Positions 55,321-64,000 of a stretch of DNA of 64,000 bases are shown piece by piece (the stretch's first letter is position 1; every line of letters starts with the position of its first letter). The notes beneath the pieces were generated by a model. The model ran no database searches and had not been told where the DNA came from. It worked only from the letters and a program-made list of their open reading frames with translations. A program made the translations under genes and the position numbers. Source of the DNA: Candidatus Versatilivorator sp. Lineage in GTDB: Bacteria; Acidobacteriota; Terriglobia; Versatilivoradales; Versatilivoraceae. The stretch covers positions 1,728,001-1,792,000 of the forward strand of contig OZ242296.1 of assembly GCA_965207735.1 (NCBI GenBank), given 5' to 3'.

Positions 55321-57577
55321 CGACACTTGCCTTCGGTTGTACCTTGGAGGCCGCGCCACCCTGCAGCCGGCTGAGAAGTCCGGAATAGCGGCGCTCCTGC
55401 TTGTCATTCCTGACCGCCATGTGCAGTGCCCGGGCTTGCCCAATGACCACCACCAGCTTCTTTCCACGAGTGATCCCAGTGTAGATCAGATTGCGTTGAA
55501 GCAGCAGATATTGCTGCATAGCCAGGGGAATGACCACCACCGGGAATTCCGAGCCCTGGCTCTTGTGGATGGAGATGGCAAACCCTGGAGAAAGCTGGTC
55601 CAGTTCGTTGAAGTCGTAAGTCACCTTCTGACTCTCGAATCGGATGGCCACACCCTTGTCCAGCGGGTCGACCATTTCTATGCGGCCCATGTCTCCGTTG
55701 AAGACATTCTTGTCGTAGTTGTTCTCCATCTGAATGACCTTGTCCCCGACACGGAATATCCATCCGAACTTCTCGATCTCCGCCCGTCCCGGACGAGCGG
55801 GGTTGAGTAGATCTTGCAGCCCCCGGTTCACCTCCCGGGCACCCAGCGACCCGCGATGCATGGGACAGAGCACCTGGATGTCCCGGATGGCGTCGACACC
55901 CAGTCGTCCGGGGATCCTTTCCTGGATCAACCTCGACATCAGCCCTGTGATCTGCTCCGGATCCTCCCTCTCCAGAAAGTAAAAGTCCGAGTCGGGAGCA
56001 TTGCCCGAGACCGGAGACGGCGCCTTGCCGTGATTGACCTCGTGAGCGGTAGTGATGATCCGGCTGTCTCTCGACTGACGAAAGACTTCTTTCAACCGAA
56101 CCACCGGCACCACCCCGCTGGCGATCGCGTGGTGCAGAACCATCCCCGGCCCCACCGAGGGAAGCTGGTCCACATCTCCAACCAGAATCAGCGAGCCGCC
56201 GGGGGGATGGGCAGCCAGCAGATGGCTCATGAGCGGGACGTCCAGCATGGAACATTCGTCGACCACCAACAGATCGCATTGCAGGGGATTTCGCCGGTTC
56301 CTGGCGAATCGACCCGTGGCCGGATTGACCTCGAGCATACGGTGGATGGTCTTGGCCTCCATTCCAGTAGCCTGGGAAAGCCGCTTGGCGGCCCGGCCCG
56401 TGGGAGCGCACAACAGGCATTTCACTTTCTTGGCTCTGAGAATCATCAGGATCGAGTTCATCAGGGTGGTCTTGCCCACTCCAGGTCCACCCGTAATCAC
56501 CAGAACCCGGTGCCTCAAGGCCTGGACCAGAGCCTCTCTCTGACTTTCCGCCAGGATCTTGCCCGAGCGCTGCTGGCACCAGGCAATGGCCTTTTCCAGG
56601 TCGATCGGAGGATAGTTGGCGGAAGTCCGGGCCAACCGGCTGATCCTGCCGGCAATGACTTTTTCGGCGCTCGCCAGGTGCGGCAAAAAGACCAGGGCTT
56701 CCCCCTCCAGGCTTTCCTGCAGCAGTTGTCCTTGAGCAATCATCCAGGCCAGGGCTTCTTCCACGATTGATTCAGCGATTTCAAGGATCTTTACGGCCTC
56801 CTGGTGAAGCTGGGAGGCAGGAAGCGCACAGTGGCCGTTCTGGGTCGCTTCCAGCAGAACGTGGTTGAGACCGGCCCGCGCCCGTAGGGCCGAGTCCCGC
56901 GAGATTCCGACATTGGCGGCAATCTGGTCGGCCGTCTTGAACCCCACACCCGGGATGTCCTGGCTCAACCTGTAGGGATTCTCCCGGACCTGGGCCACGG
57001 CATTCGACCCATAGGTTCTGTAGATTCGGGTCGCCCTTCGGGTTCCGACCCCGTGAGAGTGAAGGAAGAGCATGATTTCCCGGATGGCCTTCTGATCCGA
57101 CCAGGCCTGAGTGATGCGCCTCCTGCGACCCGGACCGATCCCTTCGACGGCTTCCAGGCAAGCAGGGTGCTCCTCGATGATTTCAAAGATCTCCTTCCCG
57201 AATTTCTGTACCAGCTTTCGGGCGTATACCCGTCCGATGCCTTTGACCATACCGCTAGCCAGGTACTTTTCGATGCCTTCAGCCGTGGTGGGCGGGATAC
57301 ACCGGAGCTGGTCGGCCTTGAACTGGCGCCCGTGGTTCTTGTCGATGACCCAGGCGCCTTCGGCGTTGAGCCACTCTCCGGAGTTGACGGTCGGGGCCGA
57401 CCCCACCACGGTCACCAGGTCCCGTTGCCCCCTGACCTTGACCTGAAGCACGCAGAAACCGTTCTCCTCGCTGAAGAAGGTCACCCGCTCAATGGCGCCT
57501 TCGAGTCGGTCAGAAACCGACGGGGGCGAAGCTCCCGGCTCCGATCGTCCCTTTTTCCCAGATGGAGATAATGGCAT
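55316..57577 (-). CDS. recD2: ATP-dependent RecD-like DNA helicase (RecD2)
   Basis: HhH motifs (KGIG, PGVGFKTAD), TGGPGVGKTT, APTGRAAKRL, VDECSM, GDVDQLPSVG, SIHKSQGSEFP, YTGITRGK. Confidence 0.95.
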   Translation of the reverse strand: MPLSPSGKKGRSEPGASPPSVSDRLEGAIERVTFFSEENGFCVLQVKVRGQRDLVTVVGSAPTVNSGEWLNAEGAWVIDKNHGRQFKADQLRCIPPTTAEGIEKYLASGMVKGIGRVYARKLVQKFGKEIFEIIEEHPACLEAVEGIGPGRRRRITQAWSDQKAIREIMLFLHSHGVGTRRATRIYRTYGSNAVAQVRENPYRLSQDIPGVGFKTADQIAANVGISRDSALRARAGLNHVLLEATQNGHCALPASQLHQEAVKILEIAESIVEEALAWMIAQGQLLQESLEGEALVFLPHLASAEKVIAGRISRLARTSANYPPIDLEKAIAWCQQRSGKILAESQREALVQALRHRVLVITGGPGVGKTTLMNSILMILRAKKVKCLLCAPTGRAAKRLSQATGMEAKTIHRMLEVNPATGRFARNRRNPLQCDLLVVDECSMLDVPLMSHLLAAHPPGGSLILVGDVDQLPSVGPGMVLHHAIASGVVPVVRLKEVFRQSRDSRIITTAHEVNHGKAPSPVSGNAPDSDFYFLEREDPEQITGLMSRLIQERIPGRLGVDAIRDIQVLCPMHRGSLGAREVNRGLQDLLNPARPGRAEIEKFGWIFRVGDKVIQMENNYDKNVFNGDMGRIEMVDPLDKGVAIRFESQKVTYDFNELDQLSPGFAISIHKSQGSEFPVVVIPLAMQQYLLLQRNLIYTGITRGKKLVVVIGQARALHMAVRNDKQERRYSGLLSRLQGGAASKVQPKASVE

Positions 57578-57762
57578 GTCTTCTCGAGCCCCCTTTCGCG
57601 CAGCCACCCGGCTGCAAGAGTTGATTAAGGACACGAAGGGAAAAAGTCATCCACGAAGGGTCACGAAGGATGGCGGAGAGACAGGAAGAAAAACTCAAGG
57701 GAAAATGAGTTTGTTGGCCGCCGAGCGCCGGCAGGTGCTGCGCTCTTGCTCAAACGCTGAGG

Positions 57763-58215
57763 TCAAGAAGCCGGCGGCCGGTCATGGAACGGGTCCCGCC
57801 GGTCGAGTTCGGGGAACAAGGAAAAGTCGCGGTCCCGGGTAAGCAGGAATTCAACGCCGTGGGCGATACAGATCGCCGCAATCCGAGCGTCGTGCACGAT
57901 GGCTCCCCGTACTCGCGGACGCTGAACCAAGGCGCCCAGGATCTCCAAGAAATCATCCGTCTCACCGAGAAGGCGATTGCCTGGCGATGCCGCCCAGGCT
58001 TCGAGTTGCTGCCAGGCATGTTGCGGTGGAGTGGCTGCTTCCCTCCAGATTCGGTGATTTGTCACCACGCTTAGAAACTCGTAGCAGCATGGCCAGGGAA
58101 TCGCCCAAACCCTGTCTCCTTCAGCCAACGCCCGCAAAACCTCACGGGCTGCCTCGTGCAATCTTGACTCCCTGCGGTGGGCGTAGACAAGCAAGTTCGT
58201 ATCGACTGCAATCAA
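57763..58215 (-). CDS. vapC: VapC family PIN-domain toxin
   Basis: IAVDTNLLVYAH, YEFL, VHDARIAA, TRDRDF. Confidence 0.93.
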   Translation of the reverse strand: MIAVDTNLLVYAHRRESRLHEAAREVLRALAEGDRVWAIPWPCCYEFLSVVTNHRIWREAATPPQHAWQQLEAWAASPGNRLLGETDDFLEILGALVQRPRVRGAIVHDARIAAICIAHGVEFLLTRDRDFSLFPELDRRDPFHDRPPAS

Positions 58216-58460
58216 TGTCTCTCCGGCTCACCGTAGATCATTCCACGCAGATCCTGCCACGAAAAAGCCTCCAGCGGGTCGGCAGCCTCTGGATCTCCGG
58301 TGCTCAGATCCGGCAACCGGTACCGGTTCCGTGACTCAGGCAGGGAGAGCAGTTGCCGGAGGCCCTCCTCCACCACGGAACGCAACGAACACCCTTTTTT
58401 CCTGGCGCGCTGTTTGGCGCGTGCCAGCAACTCGTCATGGATATCAATCGTCGTCTTCAT
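58212..58460 (-). CDS. vapB: VapB-type ribbon-helix-helix antitoxin
   Basis: MKTTIDIHDELLARAK..SLRSVVEEGLR; 4-nt overlap with vapC. Confidence 0.88.
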   Translation of the reverse strand: MKTTIDIHDELLARAKQRARKKGCSLRSVVEEGLRQLLSLPESRNRYRLPDLSTGDPEAADPLEAFSWQDLRGMIYGEPERH

Positions 58461-58465
58461 GAGAG

Positions 58466-58503
58466 CCATACTAGCAATATTAAATAGTATGGGCAACCCA
58501 TAT
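58466..58503 (-). promoter_or_regulatory. Putative vapBC operator palindromes
   Basis: CCATACTA-N11-TAGTATGG (58466-58492) overlaps TATGGG-CAA-CCCATA, in AT-rich DNA just upstream of vapB. Confidence 0.6.
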
Positions 58504-58552
58504 TCAAAATCGCCGGCCAAGTCACCTTTCCTGTCAAGAACCGGCAAACTCT

Positions 58553-59312
58553 GACAAGTGTCGCCCCCGCTCTGTCGTGCGGATCATAAGAGAGTGAAAC
58601 TATCAGAAATCGACCAATCCCTTCGCGACCTTGGTATCCCGTTACGGTTCACCTCAACGCCTTAGTGGCCCTTCGTCGTTCTTCGTGCCCCTTCGTGGAA
58701 AAGTCTTTTTCTTTGTCTTTTGTCGGTTGTTTCAGGCAAGCCCGGCCCCCGCCGTGCCAGGCGGATCATTCAGAGGAGAAACAGCCAGCTGTTTGCGTTT
58801 TGGAAAGAAATAGGACCAGAGGCCGCTGCACGGGACGCTGACTGGGAATCGGGGCGTTGGGCACGGCCAAGGCTCGCCACGGGGAAGATCAATCGAGAAG
58901 GACTAAGAATTGAACATGGATGCACAGGATGCACAGGACGAGAGCTTCCTGCACCAGAAGCCAACTCGGGCGATGATCCGGTGCGGATTTGCGGATGTCC
59001 AGGACTGCAAGCCAGCCGTCTTCAGAAAAAATCCTGTGCATCCTGTGCATCCATGTGAATAAACCAACTACCCATGCTTGACCTTGAGCCGGTCTCCAGC
59101 CACCCGGCGCCCGGGTTGTTTCAGACAAGTCCCGCCCCCGCCCTGGTGTGCGGATCATACATAGAGTGAAACAATCAGAAATCGATCAACCCTTCGCGAA
59201 CTTGGTACCCCGTCGCGGCCAACCTCAGCGCCTTAGTGTCCCTTCGTCGTTCTTCGTGCCCCTTCGTGGATAAGTCTTTTTTCTTTTGTCTTTTTCGGTT
59301 GTTTCAGACAAG
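58553..59312 (+). mobile_element. Array 2: three head-to-tail GRCAAG-core elements (types A-B-A)
   Basis: Cores at 58553, 58735, 59124 and 59307; internal junctions read GTTTCAG...GAAAC. Confidence 0.82.
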
Positions 59313-60818
59313 GATTTCGCGAACGACCCTGGGTTCGAAGTTGAAGGTGATCTTTTCCCTGAGCCCGCTGCGTTCGAAGAAGAGTTCTTCGTGGTGCAGG
59401 CCCAGCAGGTGCAGAATGGTGGCGTGCAGATCCTCGATGCTCACCGGGTTCTCCACCGCCCGATAGCCGAATTCGTCGGTGGCCCCGTAGACCGTTCCTC
59501 CCTTGACTCCCCCACCGGCCATCCAGAGGCTGAAGCCCCGGGGATTGTGGTCCCGGCCGGCCACACCCTGTTTGGGCATGATCTGGGCGATAGGATGGCG
59601 CCCGAACTCGCCGGCCCAGATCACCAGGGTGCTGTCCAGCAGTCCCCGCTCTTTCAAGTCCGCCAGCAAAGCGGCCACCGGCTGATCGGTTCGGTCGCAA
59701 CAGGACCTCAGGTCGGCCTCCAGGTGGGAATGGGAGTCCCAGATCTGGCTGTTCACGCATACCTGCACGTAGCGGACGCCGCGCTCCACCAGGCGCCGGG
59801 CCATGATGCAACGGCGGCCGTAGTTGTCGGGACCGGGGTTCACATGGGTCTTTCCCACCACCGCCGGCTTTCTGCCGACGCCATACATCTCCAGGGTTGT
59901 GGGGCTTTCCCGGGACAAGTCCAGCGCATCGGTAGCTTCCAGCTGCAGGCGTGCGGCCAACTCATAGCTGGCGATGCGGGCATCCAACTCGGGTAGCCCC
60001 GGACGGTCCCTCCGGTGGATCCGGTCGAGCTGCTGGCGGAGATGGGTCCCCATCCTCACCAGCGCGGTCGGCTCCTCGACCTCGGGGCGCAGATTCAGCA
60101 AGGGTTCTCCCACCGAGCGCAAGCGCGTCCCCTGGTAGATGGGAGGCAGAAACCCCGACTGCCAGTTGGCGATGCCGTTGATTGGCAGGCCCTGGGGATC
60201 ATCCAGCACCACGAAGGCCGGCAGGTTCCGGTTCTCGGTTCCCAGTCCGTACACCACCCAGGCCCCCAGGGTCGGCAGGCCCGGCAGCATGCGCCCCCCC
60301 TGAAACTTGTAGAGCGCCGCCGGATGGGCCGGACTGGTGGTGTGCATGGACCGGATGACGGCGATGTCGTCCACCCGCCGGGCGATATGGGGCATGGCCT
60401 CGGACACCCAGGTGCCGGACTGGCCGTGCTGGGCAAACTTGAAGGGACTACGCAACAACCCGCCGGCCTGCTGAGGCGACGGCACATCCACGGCCACCTG
60501 GTCGAAATAGGGCTCTCCGTGGTGCTTGTCCAGCATCGGTTTGGGGTCCAACAGATCCATGGGACTGGGGCCGCCATTCATGAACAGCAGAATGACCGAC
60601 TTGGCCTTGGTCTCGAAATGGGGCTTCCTGGGAGCGACATCGTAGATTCGGCCGCGGCCGGGAGCCGGTGACTCGGACCTGCCCGCCAGGCTGGACATGC
60701 CAAAGAGGTCCCGCGTTAGCAGGTGGGTAAGGGCTACCCCGTAGATGCCGTCGGAGACTCGCCCGAAGAAATGGCGGCGGGTCATGGACCGAGTTGATCG
60801 GTGGCGTGCTTGTTTCAC
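59304..60818 (-). CDS. DUF1501 protein (Tat-exported)
   Basis: TRRHFF, LFMNGGPSPMDLLDPKP, GEFGRHP, GRDHNP; the TGA stop lies inside the element's right end. Confidence 0.92.
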   Translation of the reverse strand: MKQARHRSTRSMTRRHFFGRVSDGIYGVALTHLLTRDLFGMSSLAGRSESPAPGRGRIYDVAPRKPHFETKAKSVILLFMNGGPSPMDLLDPKPMLDKHHGEPYFDQVAVDVPSPQQAGGLLRSPFKFAQHGQSGTWVSEAMPHIARRVDDIAVIRSMHTTSPAHPAALYKFQGGRMLPGLPTLGAWVVYGLGTENRNLPAFVVLDDPQGLPINGIANWQSGFLPPIYQGTRLRSVGEPLLNLRPEVEEPTALVRMGTHLRQQLDRIHRRDRPGLPELDARIASYELAARLQLEATDALDLSRESPTTLEMYGVGRKPAVVGKTHVNPGPDNYGRRCIMARRLVERGVRYVQVCVNSQIWDSHSHLEADLRSCCDRTDQPVAALLADLKERGLLDSTLVIWAGEFGRHPIAQIMPKQGVAGRDHNPRGFSLWMAGGGVKGGTVYGATDEFGYRAVENPVSIEDLHATILHLLGLHHEELFFERSGLREKITFNFEPRVVREILV

Positions 60819-60830
60819 GGTTGCGCGGGT

Positions 60831-63800
60831 TCAGTCGATATAGACAAAGGCTGCCGAATTATAGAGCGTGTGGGCCAACTTGGCCAACACCCGCTGCCGC
60901 TCCCGGCTCCGGTTCCCCAATTCCTTCCAGGCGCTCCGAACTGACCGCAGGCTCAACCGCCGCTCTTCAGCAGTGGGCGGCCGGCTGAACACCTTCCAGT
61001 AAAGGTGTTCCACCTGGGCTTCCAGGCTGTCGCCCGCTTCCGTTTCCACCCGCTGCGCCAGGGTGGAGGCCAGCCGGCGGATGGTGGCGTCGTTGAGCAG
61101 GTGAAGAGCCTGCGGGGCCACGGTGGACTGGGCCCTTTCGGTGCAATTCGGATTCATGGTGGGATAGTCGAACAGGTCCAGGGTCGTGGGGCTGTTCATG
61201 CGCAGTTGCCGAATATAGATGCTCCGCCGCCATCCCCGTTCCCCCTCGTAGGCAGTGGAAAGCCCATCGGCTCTCACGAAAACCGGAGCGGGGGGACCGT
61301 AGGGAGTCTCATCCAGGCGACCGCTGATCCAGAGCAGGCTGTCGCGGAGGGCTTCTCCGTCCAATCTCTTCAGCGGCCACCGGGACAGGAGCCGGTTTTC
61401 GGGGTCCAACCGTTCCTGCTCGGGACCGACCCTGGAGGACTGGCGGTAGGTTCTGGAGGTCATCATCAACCGGTGAAGGGCCTTCATGCTCCAGCCTCGA
61501 TTCATGAACTCCACCGCCATCCAGTCCAGCAGCTCCGGATGGGTGGGACGGGCGCCTGACCGGCCGAAATTCCCCAGGGTCTCGACGATTCCCCGGCCAA
61601 AGTGGTAGCGCCAGATCCGATTGACCATCACGCGGGAAGTCAAGGGATGGTTCCGATTCACCAGCCACTTGGCCAGGGCCAGCCGCCGTCCGGTCTTTTT
61701 GGATCCCGGCCAGGGGGGCTCTACCTGAAAAGGGGTTCTGCCGTCGGTCAGCACCGAGGGCACCCCCGGCCCTACCAGCCGGCCTGGGCTTAAGAAGTCT
61801 CCCCGCTGGAGCAGATAGGTGGGCGAGGGAGCCCCACGGTCCCAGAGCGCCCGAATGCGTGGTTCCGGCTCCTGCCTGTATTGCAGCCAGGCGATCTTCC
61901 GCTCCAGACTCTGTGCCTCCCGGCGGTAGACGGCATCCCGTTCCTTCAACTCGTTGGAAGTGACGGTCAACAGTTGCTCATACTCCTTGGCCAGTGATTT
62001 CTGCCTGCTGTCCCGACCCTCCTCCGGAGTCTTCAGCAACTGCCTCAGGTCCTGGGCCAAGACGGGGGCAAGCTGATCCAACCGCTCTGCCAGAACGCTG
62101 TCACTCAAGTCCTTGCCCTTTTCCTCCAACGCCTGCTGCAGTTCCTTGACCTGCTCTTCCAGGACCTCGTTGCCGGCTTTGCGCTCCTTCTCCTGCTCCA
62201 GCAGGCGCATGGGATTGGTCATTGGAGGCACGTAGGGCAGGACCCGCTGCTCGAATTTCACCACCTCGCTGATGGGAGTTCCCGCCAACCAGTCGAACTC
62301 GTCCAGAGCCCCCTTCAGGAGATCGGCCAGCCGGAAGTAGTCACGCTGGGGAATGGGATCGAACTTGTGGCTGTGGCAGCGCGCGCATTGGAGCGTCATT
62401 CCCAGTATGCCGGTCCCCAGGATCTCGATCTCATCGGCGATAACGTCGAACCGGTCCTCCACGAAGCTGAGCTCGAAGCCGGTGCTGTCGGGCCCCATGC
62501 GCAGGAAGCCGGTGGCGATCAGGTTGTCGACCATCTCCCGGGTAATCACCGGAGATGTCTCGTAGTCGACCAACTCGTCTCCGGCGATCTGCTCCATGAG
62601 AAAACGGTCATAGGGTTTATCGGCGTTGAGGGATCGGATGACATAGTCCCGATACCGCCAGGCATACTTCCTGGCCGGTCCGTTGGCATTGACCTTTCCG
62701 CCCTCGTGGTCGGAATATCCGGCCACGTCCAGCCAGTACCGTCCCCAGCGCTCCCCATAGCGGGGAGACTCCAACAAGCGGTCGATGAGCCTTTCGTAGG
62801 CCCGCGGATGCCGATCCTCCAGGAATCGCCGGACCTCGGCCGGTTCCGGAGGGAGCCCGGTCAGGTCGAAAGTGGCTCGCCGGATCAGGGTCAGCCGATC
62901 GCCTTCAGCTGACAGCGACAATCCCCGGGCTTCCAGAGCTCGCAATACAAAGGCGTCTATGGGATTGTTTACCTGATCCCCATGCTTCACCGGAGGGGGC
63001 TTGACCTGCCTGGGTGGCTGGAAGGCCCAGAACTGGCGGTCCTGGTCGCTCACCAGAGGATCGGGCCCGGTGCCGGCAACGTCGGGTTTGATGTCCTCTT
63101 CCGGAGCGCCCTGCTGAATCCACTGCCGCAGCCTCTCCAGGTCGGAATCCGACACGGGTGTTACCCCGACTTCGAAGAGCCGCTTCTTGGGCGGCATCTT
63201 CCCAGAACGGATCATCTCCACCATCAGGCTCTGGCCCGGCTTTCCGGGAGTCAGCGCCGGCCCCGATTTCCCGCCCCGGATCATGGAGGCCCGACTCCTG
63301 AGATCGAGGTCATTGCCCTGACGGCGCAGCCCGTGACAAGTAGTGCAGTGGCGCAGCAGGATCGGGATCACGTCGTGCTGGTTGAGTGCCTGGGTTGCGG
63401 CGTCCTCTTCCGGCCCGCTCGCCAGGCCGGTTTCGATCCAGTCCTTGATGGTTGCCCTTTGCGCCTCCGCAAGCCCTCCCTCCAGATCGGGTGGCATCGA
63501 ACCGCTTTCGACCAACCGGTAGAGCTTGCTCTCCGCCGGCCGTCCAGGCACGACCACCGGACCCGATTCGCTTCCTTTCAGCAGGCTGGAGAGGTGGCTG
63601 AGATCCAGCTCCTTCATCATCAACTCCTCCCCGTGGCAGCGCAGGCAGTGTTCCTCGAAGACGGGGAGAATCTTCTCCTGGAAGGACTTCTCCCGGGCCG
63701 ACAGTTCCCCGCTGCCGGTCTGGGCGAAAGCGGCTCCGGGCAAAGAGGTCCAGAAGAAAAGACCCAGGCTCAGGAACAGGCCCGCGGCCCTTGTCGGACG

Positions 63801-63833
63801 GTTTCTTGTTGCCTGGGGAGAAAAAAGATTCAT
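60831..63833 (-). CDS. Double planctomycete cytochrome c + DUF1549/DUF1553 protein
   Basis: HCLRCH, HCTTCH, CARCHSHKFDPI, YGERWGRYWLDVAGY, SRVMVNRIW, APQAL. Confidence 0.92.
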   Translation of the reverse strand: MNLFSPQATRNRPTRAAGLFLSLGLFFWTSLPGAAFAQTGSGELSAREKSFQEKILPVFEEHCLRCHGEELMMKELDLSHLSSLLKGSESGPVVVPGRPAESKLYRLVESGSMPPDLEGGLAEAQRATIKDWIETGLASGPEEDAATQALNQHDVIPILLRHCTTCHGLRRQGNDLDLRSRASMIRGGKSGPALTPGKPGQSLMVEMIRSGKMPPKKRLFEVGVTPVSDSDLERLRQWIQQGAPEEDIKPDVAGTGPDPLVSDQDRQFWAFQPPRQVKPPPVKHGDQVNNPIDAFVLRALEARGLSLSAEGDRLTLIRRATFDLTGLPPEPAEVRRFLEDRHPRAYERLIDRLLESPRYGERWGRYWLDVAGYSDHEGGKVNANGPARKYAWRYRDYVIRSLNADKPYDRFLMEQIAGDELVDYETSPVITREMVDNLIATGFLRMGPDSTGFELSFVEDRFDVIADEIEILGTGILGMTLQCARCHSHKFDPIPQRDYFRLADLLKGALDEFDWLAGTPISEVVKFEQRVLPYVPPMTNPMRLLEQEKERKAGNEVLEEQVKELQQALEEKGKDLSDSVLAERLDQLAPVLAQDLRQLLKTPEEGRDSRQKSLAKEYEQLLTVTSNELKERDAVYRREAQSLERKIAWLQYRQEPEPRIRALWDRGAPSPTYLLQRGDFLSPGRLVGPGVPSVLTDGRTPFQVEPPWPGSKKTGRRLALAKWLVNRNHPLTSRVMVNRIWRYHFGRGIVETLGNFGRSGARPTHPELLDWMAVEFMNRGWSMKALHRLMMTSRTYRQSSRVGPEQERLDPENRLLSRWPLKRLDGEALRDSLLWISGRLDETPYGPPAPVFVRADGLSTAYEGERGWRRSIYIRQLRMNSPTTLDLFDYPTMNPNCTERAQSTVAPQALHLLNDATIRRLASTLAQRVETEAGDSLEAQVEHLYWKVFSRPPTAEERRLSLRSVRSAWKELGNRSRERQRVLAKLAHTLYNSAAFVYID

Positions 63834-63860
63834 GGGAGCCTTCAGCGGGGCGAGCCCTGG

Positions 63861-63973
63861 CTTGTTTGGAACAAACGAAAAAAGACAAAAGAAAAAGAGT
63901 TATCCACGAAGGGCCACTAAGGCGTTGAGGTTAACCGCGACGGGATACCAAGGTCACGAAAGGATTATCGATT
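63861..63973 (-). repeat. Inverted type-A element, interrupted by an IS
   Basis: Reverse complement matches the type-A interior and right end. Confidence 0.85.
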
Positions 63974-64000
63974 GAGCCTTTTGCAAAATTCGGAATCGGG
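63974..64000 (-). mobile_element. End of a second copy of the IS (or a derivative), inverted, continuing beyond the window
   Basis: GAGCCTTTTGCAAAATTCGGAATCGGG is the exact reverse complement of 22997-23023. Confidence 0.88.

Noticed and set aside
58553-59312. Integron attC cassette array
   Set aside because: No RYYYAAC/GTTRRRY cores, no gene cassettes and no integrase in the window.

Overview
GC-rich bacterial window. The gene content (HU variant, three PSD1/planctomycete-cytochrome + DUF1501 pairs, many Tat-exported enzymes) resembles Acidobacteriota/PVC-type genomes; this is inference. Bases 1-16.5 kb hold housekeeping and metabolic genes: threonine aldolase, pdxH, ogt, ackA/ptb, M16 peptidase, priA, HU and thiolase-DUF35. 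An orphan cI/cro-like switch follows at 17.0-18.1 kb. 18.1-23.2 kb is a nested mobile stack. 23-64 kb is an accessory catabolic region plus recD2 and vapBC. The most striking unexplained structure is a family of non-coding, cassette-like elements. Each has a conserved left end (GRCAAG, GC hairpin, TGAAACAAYC) and right end (GGTTGTTTCA-GRCAAG), occurs singly or in head-to-tail arrays, and carries interchangeable interiors. Removing the 5.1-kb array at 18144-23245 cleanly restores a gene's 3' end. These elements are themselves targeted by a group II intron (EBS1 complementary to the repeat), a DDE IS, a MITE derived from that IS, and a second IS end at the window edge. No rRNA, tRNA or CRISPR array was recognised. 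All calls come from reading motifs by eye; no database searches were run.
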